Origin: Camelus dromedarius | Taxonomy: Eukaryota | Assembly: GCF_036321535.1 (NCBI RefSeq) | Contig: NC_087436.1 | Coordinates: 84,818,001-84,882,000, forward strand | Direction of reading: 5' to 3' | DNA length: 64,000 bases | Part shown: in pieces, positions 1 to 13,800 of the stretch | Layout of the letters: the number at the start of each line of letters is the position of its first letter | Position numbering within the stretch: the stretch's first letter is position 1 | Made by a program: the position numbers and the translations under genes | The notes under the pieces: model-generated | The model's input: only the letters and a program-made list of their open reading frames with translations | What the model was told of the DNA's origin: nothing | The model's database searches: none

Positions 1-910
1 ACTACAAGAAACTGAATATAGTTCCCCGTGCTATACAGTAGGTCATTATTGTTTATTTTATATGTAGTAGTGTGTATCTGTTAATCCCAAAGTCCTAATT
101 TATCCTTCCCTTTACCCTTTCCCCTTTAGTAGCCATAGTTTGTTTTCTATGTCTGTGAGACTATTTCTGGTTTGTAAATAAAATGTGTATCTTTCTGTAG
201 ATTACACATATAAGTGATAGCATATTTGTATTTGTATTTGTCTTTCTCTGATTTACTTAATAAGATAATCTCTAGGTCCATCCATGTTGCTGCAAATGGT
301 ATTATTTCATTCTTATGGCTGAGTAATATTCCATTATATATATATATATATATATATATGTATTTTATATATATATGTATATATATAATATATGTATCAT
401 ATCTTCTTTATCCATTCATCTTTCGATGGACATTTAGGTTGTTTCCATGTTTTGGCTATTGTAAATAGTGCTGCTGTGCACATTGGGGTGCGTGTGTCTT
501 TTCAAATTACAGTTTTCTCTGGATATATACCCAGGATTGGGATTGCTGGGTCATATGGTAAGTCTATTTTTAGTTTTCTGAGGAAACTCCATACTGTCCT
601 CCATGCTGGCTGCACCAAACTACATTCCCATCAACAGTGTAGAAGGGTTCCTTTTCTCCACCTCCTCTTAGGATTTATCATTTGTAAACATTTTAATGAT
701 GGCCATTTTGACTGGTGTGAGGTGATACCTCATTGTAGTTTTGATTTGTATTTCTCTCATAATTAGTGATGTTGAACATCTTTTCAGGTGCCTATTGGTC
801 ATCTGGATGTCTTCTATGGAGAAATGTCTATTTAGGTCTTCTGTCCATTTTTTTGATTGGGTTGTTTGTTGGTTTTTTTTTTTGATATTAAGCTGTATGA
901 GCTGTTTGTA
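1..910 (-). mobile_element. LINE-1 3' portion (ORF2 C-terminus plus 3' UTR) with (TA)n tract at about 335-395
   Basis: Antisense L1 ORF2-type sequence (ccatccatgttgctgcaaatgg, ggacatttaggttgtttcc). Confidence 0.9.
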
Positions 911-911
911 T

Positions 912-1920
912 TAATTGAAGTATAGTCATTTACAATGTTGTGTTAATCTCTGGTGTACAGCATGGTGATTCAGTTATACACACACACACATATATTCTTC
1001 ATATTCTTTTTCACTGTAGATGACTACAAGATATTGAATATAGTTCTCCATGCTATACAGTAGGGCCTTGTTCATTTATCTATTTTATATATAGTGGTTA
1101 ATATCTGCAAATCCCAAACTCCCAATTTATCCCTCCCACCCTTTCCCCCCGGTAACTATAAGTTTGTTTTCTATGTCTGTGATTGTGTTTCCATTTTGTA
1201 AATAAGTTCATTTATGTCATTTTTTCAGATTCCACATGTAAATATGTGGTATTTGTCTTTTTCTTTCTAGATTACTTCACTTAGTATGATAATCTGTAGG
1301 TCCATCCATGTTGCTGCAAATGGCATAATTCCATTCTTTTTATGGCTGAATAGTATTCCATCATTTTTATATTATATACATATGCATATTACCCAGTCAT
1401 CTGTTGATGGACATTTAGGTTGTTTCCGTGCCATGGCTATTGTAAATAGTGCTGCTGTGAACACTAGGGTGCATGTATCTTTTTGAATTAGAGTTTCCTC
1501 CAGATATATGCCTAGGGGTAGGATTGCTGGATCATAGGGTAAAGTCTGTTTTCCACAATGGCTGCACCAAACTACCAACCCACCAACAATGTAGGTGGGT
1601 TCCCTTATCTGCACAACATCTCCAGCATTTGTTTTTGTAGACTTTTTAATGATGGTCATTCTGACTAAGGTGATACCTCATTGTGGTTTTGATTTGCATT
1701 TCTCTGATAATTAGCAATATTGAGCATTTTTTCATGTACCTATTGGTCATTTGTATGTCTCCATTGAAGAAATGTCTGTTTAGGACTTCTGCTCATTTTT
1801 TATTGGGTTGTTTGTTTGTTTTTTGTTATTGAGTTGTATGAGCTGTTTGTATATTCTGGAAATTAAGCCTTTGTCAGTTGCATTGTTTGCAAATATTTTC
1901 TCCCATTCTGTAGGTTGTCT
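912..1920 (-). mobile_element. Second 5'-truncated LINE-1 3' end, adjacent to the first
   Basis: ORF 1372..1659 (LPYDPAILPLGIY..QKDTCT..QPKCPSTDDW) is the L1 ORF2 C-terminus; its sequence parallels 1-910. Confidence 0.9.
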
Positions 1921-3300
1921 GGATCTGTCCATTTCTGATAAAGATGTACTGAAGTCTCCAACTATACTAGTGATTCATCTACTTCCCCTTGCAGTTCTAT
2001 TAGTATTCACCTCACCTATTTCAGTGCTCTGTTGTTAGGCATATGCATGTTAAGGACTGTTATGTTTTGCTGGAGAATTGGCCTCTTTATCGTTATGTGA
2101 TGCCCTCTTTTATCCCCAATAACTTTCCTTACTCTGCTGTCTGCTCTGGCTGAAATGAATATATCTACTGCTTTCTTTTGATTAGTATTAGCATGGGGTA
2201 TATTTTTTCTCCATCCATTTACTTTTAATCTACCTGTGTCTTTATTTTTAAAGTGGGTTTCTTGTAGACAATTTGTGATTGGGTCTTATTTTTTGATCCA
2301 CTCTGACAATCTCTGTCTTCAAATTGGTGTATTTAGATTATTGACATTCAAAATGGTTTTTGATATAGTTGGATTAAGAGCTACCATATTTGTTACTGCT
2401 TTCTATCTACTTACATTGCCCATCTGTTCTTGCATGCTCTCTGGTTTATTCATTAGAGCCCTTAGCAAATTAATCATAGTTGTTTTAAATCCCTATTCTG
2501 AGAATTCCAATACCTGAGTCTGTTCTAGTTTGCTTTGTCTCTTCAAATTGTGTTTTTTAGTATCTTATAATTTTTTCTTGATAGCCAGACATGATGTACC
2601 AGGTAAAAAGAACTGCTGTAAATAGGCCCTAGTAATGTGGTGGTCTGTCTTTTAGTGAATCTGTATTCTTGACTATGAACTTTATCTGTGCTCTTCAGCC
2701 CCTTCTCCTGCTTTAGGTGAGAGTGGGCTGAAGTTGGGTATTTCCCTTCCAGTCCATGTGGAAGGCTAGAGTCCACTGGAGTTGGGGATTTCCCTTCTCC
2801 CACATCTGTTAGGTTCTGGCTACTTTCTTCCGAGAGCAGACTTTGTTAAGAACAGAATATTCTGACATATTTTTAAATGGTTCCTTTCCCCCTCCCCCTG
2901 CTAGAAGCACAAAGGGATTTTTTTTTCTGATATTCAATGTAAGAACTTGGTAGAGCTGTAGGAGGTAAAACTCACAAAAGTTTTATTGCCAAAGACTGGG
3001 TCCCCCTGGAGTTTTTATTTCTCAGGCTTATTCACACTTTTCTGGGGCAACTTGTCAATTACAGCTGTTTTCCCTACATCAGCACTGGTTCCTGTGGTTT
3101 CAGCTCGAGGGTTTGTGCTTGGGTAAGTTGTGAGTCTGTGTTCTCCTGCTGGTCTCTCCAATTGTGGCAGTGGTTTGTACTGTGACCTTACTTCTTTTAC
3201 AAATCTAAGAAGAGTTGGCCTTAAGTTTTTTCAGCTCTTTTACTTGTTAGGATGGAGAGGTGACTTTCAAGATTCTTACTTGTAGACTGGAAACTGAATC
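1921..3300 (-). mobile_element. Older L1M fragment (ORF2 5' region and upstream)
   Basis: Motifs such as tttatttttaaagtgggtttcttgtagaca and gatccactctgacaatctctgtc. Confidence 0.6.
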
Positions 3301-3441
3301 TTTGAATTTAGGAATGACTGCCATTTCTACACGTTATGTGTTTTTATCTGGAAACATGAAATATTCCTCCACTTATTTAAGCCTTTTAAAATATTTTTTG
3401 ATAGCTTTATACTTTTCTCCATAAAGGTGTTATATCCACCT

Positions 3442-3780
3442 TGTGCTAGTCAGCTCAGGCTGCCATAACAAGGTATCATAGATTGGGTGGTTTAAACGCA
3501 GAAATTTATTTTCTCAGTTTTGGAGCCTGGAAGTCCGAGATCAGGGTGCCAGTATGGCTGAGTTCTGGGGAGGCTCTCTTCCTGCCCTGTAGATGGCTTC
3601 TTTCTGTGTCACATGACAGAGAGTTCTGGTGTCTCTTCTCGGAAAGGCCACCCTTATGACCTCACTTAACCTTAATCACCCCCTTAAAGGCCTTATCTCT
3701 AAGTCAATTACATGGTGAGGGGTGGGGGTGTTTAGGAGTTCCATATATGAATTTTGAAGGGACACAATTCAGTCCATAGT
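3442..3780 (-). mobile_element. MLT1-type MaLR LTR
   Basis: ggctgccataaca..gaaatttattttctcag..ggaagtccgagatcagggtgcca..gggacacaattcagtccata. Confidence 0.8.
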
Positions 3781-3819
3781 ATATGTTTTGTTAGATTTAG
3801 TCCTAAATACTAAATATTT

Positions 3820-3979
3820 ATTCATTTATTTGGTGGTTGTTTTTTTTTGTTTGCTTGTTTTGGGGGGAGGAAATTAGGGTTATTTATTTACTTATTTATT
3901 TTAATGGAGGTATTGGGAATTGAACCCAGGACCTTGTGCATGCTAAGGATGTGCTCTACCACTGAGCTATACCCTCCCC
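3820..3979 (-). mobile_element. tRNA-derived SINE (Vic-1-like, camelid)
   Basis: Reverse complement reads GGGGAGGGTATAGCTCAGTGGTAGAG..CCTGGGTTCAATTCCC plus an A-rich tail; degenerate TSD ctaaatactaaatattt / ccaaatgctaaatattt. Confidence 0.85.
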
Positions 3980-4149
3980 TACCCAAATGCTAAATATTTT
4001 TGATGCTAATGGTTTTATATTTCTTATTACACTTTTAACTGTTTTAAGGTAATGGGCATGTAATTAATTTTTATAGATTGGTTTTATAAGAACTTGCTTT
4101 TACATAAATGATAGCATATGACAGATCTAAGAATAATGGTATCAAATTT

Positions 4150-4680
4150 CAACTTTTTTGAAAATTTCTTTATTTTAGATACACTGTTACACAGAGGAAC
4201 ATAATCCTCAAAATCCAAGTTTATAACTGATCATCACAAGATCCCTATTCATATACACATTAGATAGACACAGGGAAAAAATTCTATACAATATTTTAGT
4301 AGTTAGATGATTTGCAAGCAATACTGAATTAGTCAAAGTTGAAGAACTCCCAATGCCTTACACACAGGATGACCACTCTCAAATACAAAAGTGAGGCAAT
4401 AAAGGAAAATTTCCGGTTCAGTCATAGAAAAATGCTAACAGTATTTATGATGCAATAAGTGCATTAAGTTAGTACACAACCTATTGGGCAAATAAAACTA
4501 CTACCTAGGTTGGTATTTTCACTCCTGAATATTTGTGGTACGGTATTACCCATTTATCTGACCTTTAGTAATACACAAAATTTCAAGACTGAATTCTCAA
4601 AAGAGCTGTTTGATATTCTTGAATAGTGTCTGGTGTACTCAGAATACTTTTTTCATTTATCTTTTCTTCCTTTATAAGGT
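4150..4680 (-). other. EXOC1: EXOC1 3' UTR (approximate end)
   Basis: Repeat-free sequence between the stop codon and the AATAAA at 4169-4174. Confidence 0.65.
4169..4174 (-). terminator. Polyadenylation signal AATAAA
   Basis: TTTATT on the + strand about 500 nt past the stop; repeat-rich sequence resumes shortly beyond. Confidence 0.65.
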
Positions 4681-4833
4681 TTAGTGGGACTGTGCAATGC
4701 TGGAACAATAATCCAGAATGTCCTGGATAGTGAATTCCATTGTAACACCAGATCCAGGATAACAGCGAGCTATCAAACCTTCAAAATGCTTGTACTGGCG
4801 TATAAATTCATCCTGCATGGAGTGCCACACCAC
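4681..4833 (-). CDS. EXOC1: EXOC1 terminal exon 19 coding part (153 nt including TAA)
   Basis: ctgtag|[20 protein letters not shown]. Confidence 0.96.
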
Positions 4834-7800
4834 CTACAGTAAAAATGAAAATCAAAGTCATTGAACTATGAATGGAAATAATACATGATCAAGTACGTAG
4901 AAATAACATCAAGACATTCTAAGAATTTAGTACAGCATAATAGTTAAGAACACACATTCTGGAGCTAGAATCCTAGCTCCTTCCACTTGTAAGACTGGTG
5001 ACCATGAGTACGTTACCTCACTGCTCTGTGCCTCAAGTTCCTCATCTGTAAACTGGGATAATGATAATAATACCTTCCTCGTAAGTTTTGTGTGAGGATT
5101 AAATGAGTGAATGTATGTAAAGTGCTCAGAACAGTGTTTGGTACAATAAGCACTCATTACATTTTAGCTACTATTGTATTTGTTCCAATATTCAATAGGG
5201 ATGTGGTTGTGCACAACTATGTATGAAACTAAGACTAGTGAGATTAAATGAAATGCAACAGTTAAGGCTGAAGTTTCACATCAGATGAAAATTTAAAAAT
5301 ATCTTTATCTGAAATTGATGATGTAGAACATTGCTTAATGCCACAGAGGACACCAAGATGAGTCAGACCAATCACCTGCATTCAAAGGAATTTATAATCT
5401 GAAAGTGGAACTAAGATATGGACAAATATCAAGACAGAATATGATACAGACATATTAGCTCATATTAATAGGTTACATTTATTGCCACTTACTCTATATC
5501 AGCACAGTACAAAGTACTTTACGTGTGTATTACCCTATTTAAGTCTCATGACAACCTAGTGAGGGTGGGTGCTTGGAATATCATCCCTATCTGCCAGTTA
5601 TGGCAATACATTCTTCTAGGAGTTTTCCTCGTGAACCCTAAATCTCATAAATCCTAAATTCCTAATAGTCAACTTAAGACTATTTACTAAAGAGTTTAAC
5701 ACTTTTTGTTCATCATCTTTTAGCTCCTGGTATTTCTTCCATCTGGAATGCCACTACTCCTACTTTTTCTGTTAAATTAGTATCTGACTTTCAGAGGCTA
5801 ACACAAACGCTTTACTTTGTGAAGCCTTCTGTGATGTTAAAATCAGAATTATTCTCACTCATCCCTGGGCCTTTCAGTATGGCTTATGAAATATAATGGC
5901 TTGATTTGTGGTTTAAATCTGGTCTACCATCCACTAGCTATGGGATCATGGTCACATACTTCACCTCTCTGAGCTCTGATTTTCTCATGTATAAAATGGC
6001 TATGACAATAATAGTAATGCCCACTATACAGGAGAGGTATTATTTCCTTTTTTTCAAATAAACTGAGGCTCAGAGAAGTTAAGTAACTTGCCCTAAATCA
6101 TGCAGCTTTATCTGGAGCCAGATTATGAACCCATTTCGAACGTCAACCCCCATGTTCGGAATCACTCCACTGTACTATATGCCATTCCGTTTCCTTTCTA
6201 CCCTCAAAACTGAAACAAAACAAAAAAGCAACGAAAAAACCCCATCCCCAAGCAAAGAAAAACCAACTTAACACCTCAAAACAAAAAAATTAAATAAATA
6301 AGAATAGCCATATAAAATATAAATATTCCTTTCTTCTTCACAATTCATAATTTGGTTCATACTTTATGGAATTTTCCTCCTGTACTAAAATTAGAAAATG
6401 TGTAGCATTTCAGAGGAATATTTTGGAGAAAAAAGATATATATAACGATGTGCAATTTAGGATGATAAAAAGAACTAAAGCATACCTGAAGTAAGTTCTC
6501 CTCTTCACATAAATGTTTATCAACCTTCTTGTAAAGGTTATCTAGACCTTTTTTCACTTCTTTTCCAGGATACTCTTTAATAACTTTTCGGAGTTCTTGT
6601 TTGTTAAATGCAAGTTGATAGCTTACTTCCTCCTCTCTTATACCCTGTGCTACTCGAGCTTCAACGCCTTCAAAGAAATGCTTCAAGGAAATGAAGAGAA
6701 ATAATGGCTAAGAACTGCTTTCATTATCGCTTACATTTTTTAAAAAGTCTGATTATAAAATAGTATATTTTCACTGTGTAAAAATTAGACAATGTGTGAA
6801 AATATAAAGAATAAAATAATAATCACCTGTTACATACCACTGTGGGATAATCACTGTTAACATTTTAGATTTCCTTCTAGTCTTTTGATGTGTGAGTACA
6901 TAAATGAGATTATAATTTTATATATTTTCCATTTAATATTTTTTTTCCAAAGTATAAATTTTAATGGCTGCATAATATTCTATCCAATAACTGAACTACA
7001 ATTTGTTTATTCATCCCCCCAGTATTAGGTATTTAATATTTTTCACTTTTTTCTTGGAGTTAACTGAATCTACTCATTAAAAAAATCTATTATAAATACA
7101 GTTGTCATAAATAATTTTCATACATAAGTATTTACCCACATTACTGATTACTTTCCAGCATAAATTTCTAGGGTTATAATTCTTCAATTGAAGAGTATAA
7201 TTTAAAGTATTCTGAAGATTCTTCATATACACAAATTGCTTCCCAGAAAAGTTCAATCAATTTTATTTCTGTCAACAGTACATGAGACTGTTACCTTAGC
7301 ATACAATCACCAGCATTATCAAAATTGAAAAAAATCTCTGCTATTCTGAAAAGTGAAAAAAGTTTATCTGTCATTTTATTTTGAAAATTTTTGGCTATAA
7401 ATGAAGTTAATCTGCTTTTCATATGCTTTGTAGTACAATCAGAACCATCATGTATTTACATACCATGATTTTGGTGTTTTTCTTACTGAGTTTAAAAAGA
7501 TCTTCTATATCAAATATGCTGACTGTTATACTGTTACAAATATACTTCTTGGGCTGTCTTTTAGTATAATTGACTTTTTTATATGTATATTGATTGGCAA
7601 GTCTTTATTTGAGCATCACACAATATGATTTAATACTGACAAGCCAAATCCCCTCTCATTACTTTTCTCTAAAATTTTCTTAGCAATCATCATTTATTTA
7701 TTCTTCATTTAATTATTAACTTCTTGATAGTAATGTTTTGGACAAGACTATTCCTGGTGCTTTTAAAATTTTGTTTCTACAAGGACTTTTAATTGGTTAT

Positions 7801-10800
7801 TATAATATATAGGAAATAAGTTGTTTTTGATCTATTTATTTTGAACCCCTACCACTTTACTAGACAAAATAATTTCAACATATTATATACAGTTAATTAT
7901 AATCTTGACTCTCCTTTCAAAATTTTTTATGTTTCAGGTCTTATTGAATTGGCTAGAGATTCCATAACAATGTCAAATAATAAAGGATCTATCAATGTTT
8001 CTGTTTTAAATTTGCTTTCAAAGGAAATGCTTCTACAGTGCAGTTAAGTATCATGTAGGCTTTAGGTCTGAGACTGACCTTTTACCCTAGGGAATATCTG
8101 GCTATTCTTAAGTTTTGTAAAGAACTGGTTCTGCATTTGATTAAATGTCTTTTAAGTATTTCCTTGAACTGTTGAAAACATATATATAATTTTTATTTGA
8201 CTCTAATTTCAAGTTAAAAACTTATGAAAGATACTAATCACATTGTGGGCAAAGTTAATTAGAAGGGTCCATTTAATCTTCTACTATGTTGCAAACTTCT
8301 CTAAAATGATCATTTCTCACTTTTAATAATCAGACATACACTGAGGAAAGACTCAAGTCAAGAAAGGAAGGGAAAGGAAAAGGCAATGAATAAAGTAATT
8401 TTTGGTCTTCTATTTATCTTAATAAAGTTTTCAAAATCTTCATCTGAACTAGGGATAAAGGTTAACCATTTATGAGGTAAGAAATGGAAGAGTCTGGTAT
8501 AATGGAAAAGCCTGAATCTAAATCTGAGTTCATCCCCCAGCTTTGCTACTTGCCAGCTATTGTAACTTTTATTCCCTTTAAGTTTCTTCATTTGTAAAAT
8601 GGGGATAGTATCATCTTACCTCACATCATTGCTTAAAAGAATTAAAAGAAATAATGTATATAAAACATCTAGCAGTGTCTTGGCACATTGGTAGCGCCAG
8701 GATCTGAGTCCCTCCTTCCTTATTCTCCTGCATCAATACATGAGCAAATTTAAAGTGAGTGTCTATTGTGTTATTCAACTGTACACAAGTTCAAAACCAG
8801 GAAAAACATACTGAATGAAAATACACTTACATTTAGTTTTTCAAGAGGCTGTCCTAAAGAGTATATGACATAAGACTGAAGGTGATCTGTGTATTTTTGT
8901 TTGGCTTCTTTTTTTTCAGCTTCTAGACATGAGATTTTCAAACGAGAAAGTGTTGCAAAAATATGGTGAAAGTTTTCCATCATCACTACATCCCTGGGCG
9001 TCTTCTGGCTTTCGTTTGCTACTTTCTCCACTAAAGTGAAAATGGAAAACATATAACAACATCCTGATGTAAGTATGACCATAGTTAACTATAAAAATTT
9101 ACATGATTTTTTTAAAATTTGTAAGTTTAAGAAGTAAGTACACTGCTGGATTTAATAAGATAAAATATATTGTATTGAAGGATCTTCACATTCACCTAAA
9201 CCTAATAAAAAAAAATTCTAAAATAGTCCCATATATATATATGGAAACATAGCAGAGAATAAAGGTGGCTTTTCAAATCAGTGGGGAAATGATGAATTAC
9301 TCAAAATGTGTTAGGACAGCTAGCTGGTCCCTTTGAATACACTAAATTTGGATTCCTATTTCATATCTTTCAACCAAACAAATTCTAAATTGCTCAAGTA
9401 CTTAAAATGTAAAAAACAAATACAATCATAAGCACTAAGAAAAATAAAGCTAATTAAAGAATTAATTTTGTGATAGTATGACCTTTCAAAGAATGGCTCC
9501 AAACTTAGAAGTCATAAAGAGAAAGATGAATAAATTTGACATAAAATTTGAAAGCTCGTCTACACCGGAAATTGACACAACATTGTAAACTGACTATAAC
9601 TCAATTAAAAAAAAAATTGAAAGCTCTTTCATGGTAAAACATACCATAAACAAAACTGATTTATAACCTATTAGGCTGACAAAGAATAAAAAGATTGATA
9701 ATACCTAGTAATACTGGGTATTGGTGTAGGTGTGACAGAAACTTTCACCAACTGCTCACAGCACTGAACTAGTATAACCTTTCTGTGTGGCAATTTGGCA
9801 AAAGCCTTGACATATACATAAAAATTTTGATTTAGTAATTCCATTTCTAATAACCAACCCTAAGGAAATTATTGGACACGTATACAAAAATATATAAAGG
9901 GAACTAGTAACAAACTAAATGCCTATTAATAAAATATCTGGTAAATAAATACTGACAAATGGGATAATATGCAATCATTACAAATGATTATAGTTCCTAT
10001 ATTGATAGGTAAGGAAAGACACTAGAATTATAGCGTCTAGAAGATTCCAAGACAGTGTATAAAGTATGATAAAAATTTTTATATTAGAGAATACACACAC
10101 ACACACACACCATGCACATATATACCAGGGAAAGAGATAAGTTAAAAAGTTTAAAAGGATAAAAACTGAATATTATCTCTGAATGATGAGATTACAAATG
10201 ATCTTTATTTTCTTCTTAATTTTTATAATCAATTTGCTGATTTTTGGGGGTGTGTAATGAGCATGAATTACTTTACTATCAGACAAAGCAAAGCTACTTT
10301 GAATTTTAAAAGAAATATCAACTATATAAACATTCAATCATATGATTTATTAATCTTTCCCCTACACCTGTTTCCATTGAAAATGTTACATGTAACTGGT
10401 GAGATAATTCCATTTTCTGTCAATTTTTTTTAGCTTTAAAAATTCCTGAATAGATGCAATCAGATCATTTATTTCAAATTAAATGAACATCTACAATTTC
10501 TGTAACTGTTTCTGTAACTTAATTGTGTGATCTGGCACAGGAATTATAATATTTTAGCATTAATCTCCCTCATATGACAGATACGAAAACTGAGGCCTAA
10601 GGAAGTAAGTTGATTTGCTTAAGGTTACACAGACATCACTGCCTATCATGTCCAGAAGGCTCTCTCTAAAATGCAAATGTAATCTGGGAGTCATTTTTTT
10701 GTGTTTAAAAATATGAATTTCACAACAAGTTCATGCATATAGTGCAGGGAACTATATTAGATATCTTGTAGTAACTTATGGTGAAAAAGAATATGAAAAT

Positions 10801-13800
10801 GAATATATGTATGTTCATGTATGACTGAAGCATTGTGCTGTACACCAGAAATTGACACTTTGTAAACTGACTGTATTTCAATAAAAATATACATAAAAAA
10901 ACGAATTTCAATTTTACAGAGTGATAGACCCTTATGAACCCTAAAATATAAGTGATTCCTGATGAATAGGAATGGATTTTATGTAAATTTTTCAAATTTA
11001 AGAAATCTTTAATTTCAGAAAACTCAAAAAAGTATATAGAATATGGAAAATAATGAACATATCTGTCCCCCAACTTCTCAGTTACCAGAAACAACCAACC
11101 AAAAAGTTCTTTAGAATGTAACAAAGGCTTACCATTAACAAACACTCCTCTGATGAGTTTAGTGTATGCTTTATCTAGATCTCCACGACGCTCAGCATTT
11201 TTAAAGATTGATTCTGCGAGTCCAGCAAATTCTTCAAATTCAGCTACAAATGGAAGAATTCCTACTTTACTCTTCTTTGAGATCTTTACTTCTTCCATTT
11301 GCCTTATTTGGTTACTCTAAGGTTAGGAAGAAAGCAAGGGAGAGAAACACCTATAAAAGTTAGAAACAACATATAATTAAAAGCAAATGTATATATCATA
11401 GAGGCATGACATAATTTAGTACCTAGAACATTTTGGAATATCAGTATTTAAAGATGAATAACAGTAGGGATAACTAAGAAAAACTATTTCTATAGGTTGA
11501 AAACTATATATATTTTATTTAAGAAAATAAGAGAAAAAACTAAATTATTTAAAACAAAATTCAATCAAAGCTTGTGAACCTCTCAAGTCTTTGTTCAAAG
11601 TAAAAGCAACCAATAAACATTTCTATCACTTATGAAAGATAAGTATGCAGTGATTCCTCATTTGGGGGCAGAGCAGATAACAGAGTATATGCAGGATCTC
11701 TCTAGATTATTTCTGGTTTGTGGCCAGATGGTCAAGTTTGAGAACCACAGTCATTTCCAAATCTCATCAACCTAAAATTTGTTTGGTTAGAGAAGTTCTA
11801 TTATTTTGGGGGTATAAGAACAGTGAAGGAGAACAGGCATTTCTACTACGGATTTGCATTATATAGTTTTCTATGTATCTATTAATTACTTAGTATAAAT
11901 TTGTTAAGCAAAGTGCTTGTGTATGATGGTGATGAAGTACAAAAGGGATGTTTCATACAGACAGAATCTAGACATTTGGGTTCAAAATGATCCATGGGTT
12001 CAATTATGGTTCTGTGTATTTCTTGGGATCTAGGTATAGTCACAGTAAGAATTACATTGCCAAATACTATTGGATCATTTTAAACTCTTACCTAAAATTT
12101 CACTGTGTTGCGATTTTGGGAGTATAACCTGAAAACCATGATATGTGGGTTAGACAAGTAACTGTTCTTTTATTCAACATAGTATTGGAACTCCTAGCTA
12201 CAGCAATCAGACAAGGAAAAGAAATAAAAGGAACCTAAATTGGAAAAGAAGAAGTAAAGCTTTCATTATTTGCAGATGACATGATACTATATATAGAAAA
12301 TCCTAAAGATACCACCAAAAAAACTGTTAAGAACTAACAGATGAATTCAGCAAAGTTGGAGGTAACAAATTTAACACACAGAAATCTGTTGTGGAACTAT
12401 TAGAAAGAGAAATTAAGAAAACAAGCCCATTTACAGTTCTAACAAAAAGAATAAAATACCATGAAATAAATCTAACCAAGAACGTAAAAGACTTGTACTC
12501 TGAAAACTATAGGACACCGGTGAAAGACACTGAAGACAACACAAACAAATGGAAAGATAAACTGAGCTCATGAACCGGAAGAATTAATATTGTCAAAATG
12601 ACCACACTGCCCAAGGCAACCTACAGAGTCAGTGCAATCCCTGTCAAAATACCAATGGTATTTTTCACAGAACTAGAAATGTACTGGACTGCAGAGTGCA
12701 GCTTAGGGGTACTTAACGTGTCAGTTACTTTCTAATTTTAGCTCTAGTTCGTGCTAGGCTAACCTTCTAAGCCCTGTTCCTTGAGGAACACTTTGAGCAT
12801 GTTCACCAGATGAAAGCGCCGAACTCAGGTGCTATCTGCTCCATTTTCTGCAGTCATCTGACACTCATGCTTTCGGCTCAGTACACACACACCCATTCAT
12901 TACCTTTTCAAGGTATGCCCTAGGTCCTGATCTTGTCCCATATAACAAGCGTTAAAACATATAACACTGAGCACACAAAATCTACCAGACGCCATGAGAG
13001 GACATGAGTTAAAATAAAAAACAGAGTGAGAACAGGCAGCAGAAGGAACCATCCTTCTCCCTTTAGTCACAAAAGGTAGATCTTTTAGAAAGACATGCAA
13101 TTTAGGAGAAAATACAAGTTTATACCTTTGTTTAGGTTAGTATTACTTCATTTCTTCACTTCCCACTCAAGAGAAACATGAACATTCTTTAATAAACTAT
13201 TCTTAATTACTACTATTACCATCATCACCACTACCACCACGACCATTACAAGCTATCAGCTGGTAAGCTCTTATTCTAGGCAGGCTATGTGCTAAGCCTT
13301 CAATCTGAACCCATGTCTACACTCCTCTGACCATCCTGTGCTTTTGACAATTATGTTCCATTGGATTGAGAGGTATTACAGAAAGTTACATTTTACTGAG
13401 AAGCAACACAACCTTCATATTCTGTAAATGTATAGCGTCCTTATGATTTAGTGTTCCAGCTGTGTTACATGGGACTCACTATCTTAGCCTTGGTAGTTCT
13501 TCCTTTTCCTTTCTACTATCAGCTTGCCATCAGACCTTCCAAGTTTATCACCACCTCTAGAGAAGGCAGGGTAAGGAAGAGGATAAGCCTTAAATGATCA
13601 AATTCCATAATATTTTAATAACCAAGTGAAATCATTTGGTGAGGGAGGAGGATTAACAAGTCTGTTGAGGTGACATTTAAGTTTCTACAGTGGACACAGA
13701 TCACTTTTAAACTTTCAGAAACTCAGTAAATATTTTTTAAAAGTATAAAAAATGATATGAATTTTAATTGCCCTTAATATTTTTACTCTTCTCCCATTAG

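Noticed and set aside
3900..3979. tRNA-like A and B boxes (also at 19735 and 59260)
   Set aside because: A-rich tails, TSD-like flanks and divergence show these are SINEs, not tRNA genes.
10720..11132. Long extension of the exon 16 ORF into the intron (192 aa in total)
   Set aside because: It reads through a consensus donor into AT-rich intron and antisense L1 sequence; a chance open frame.
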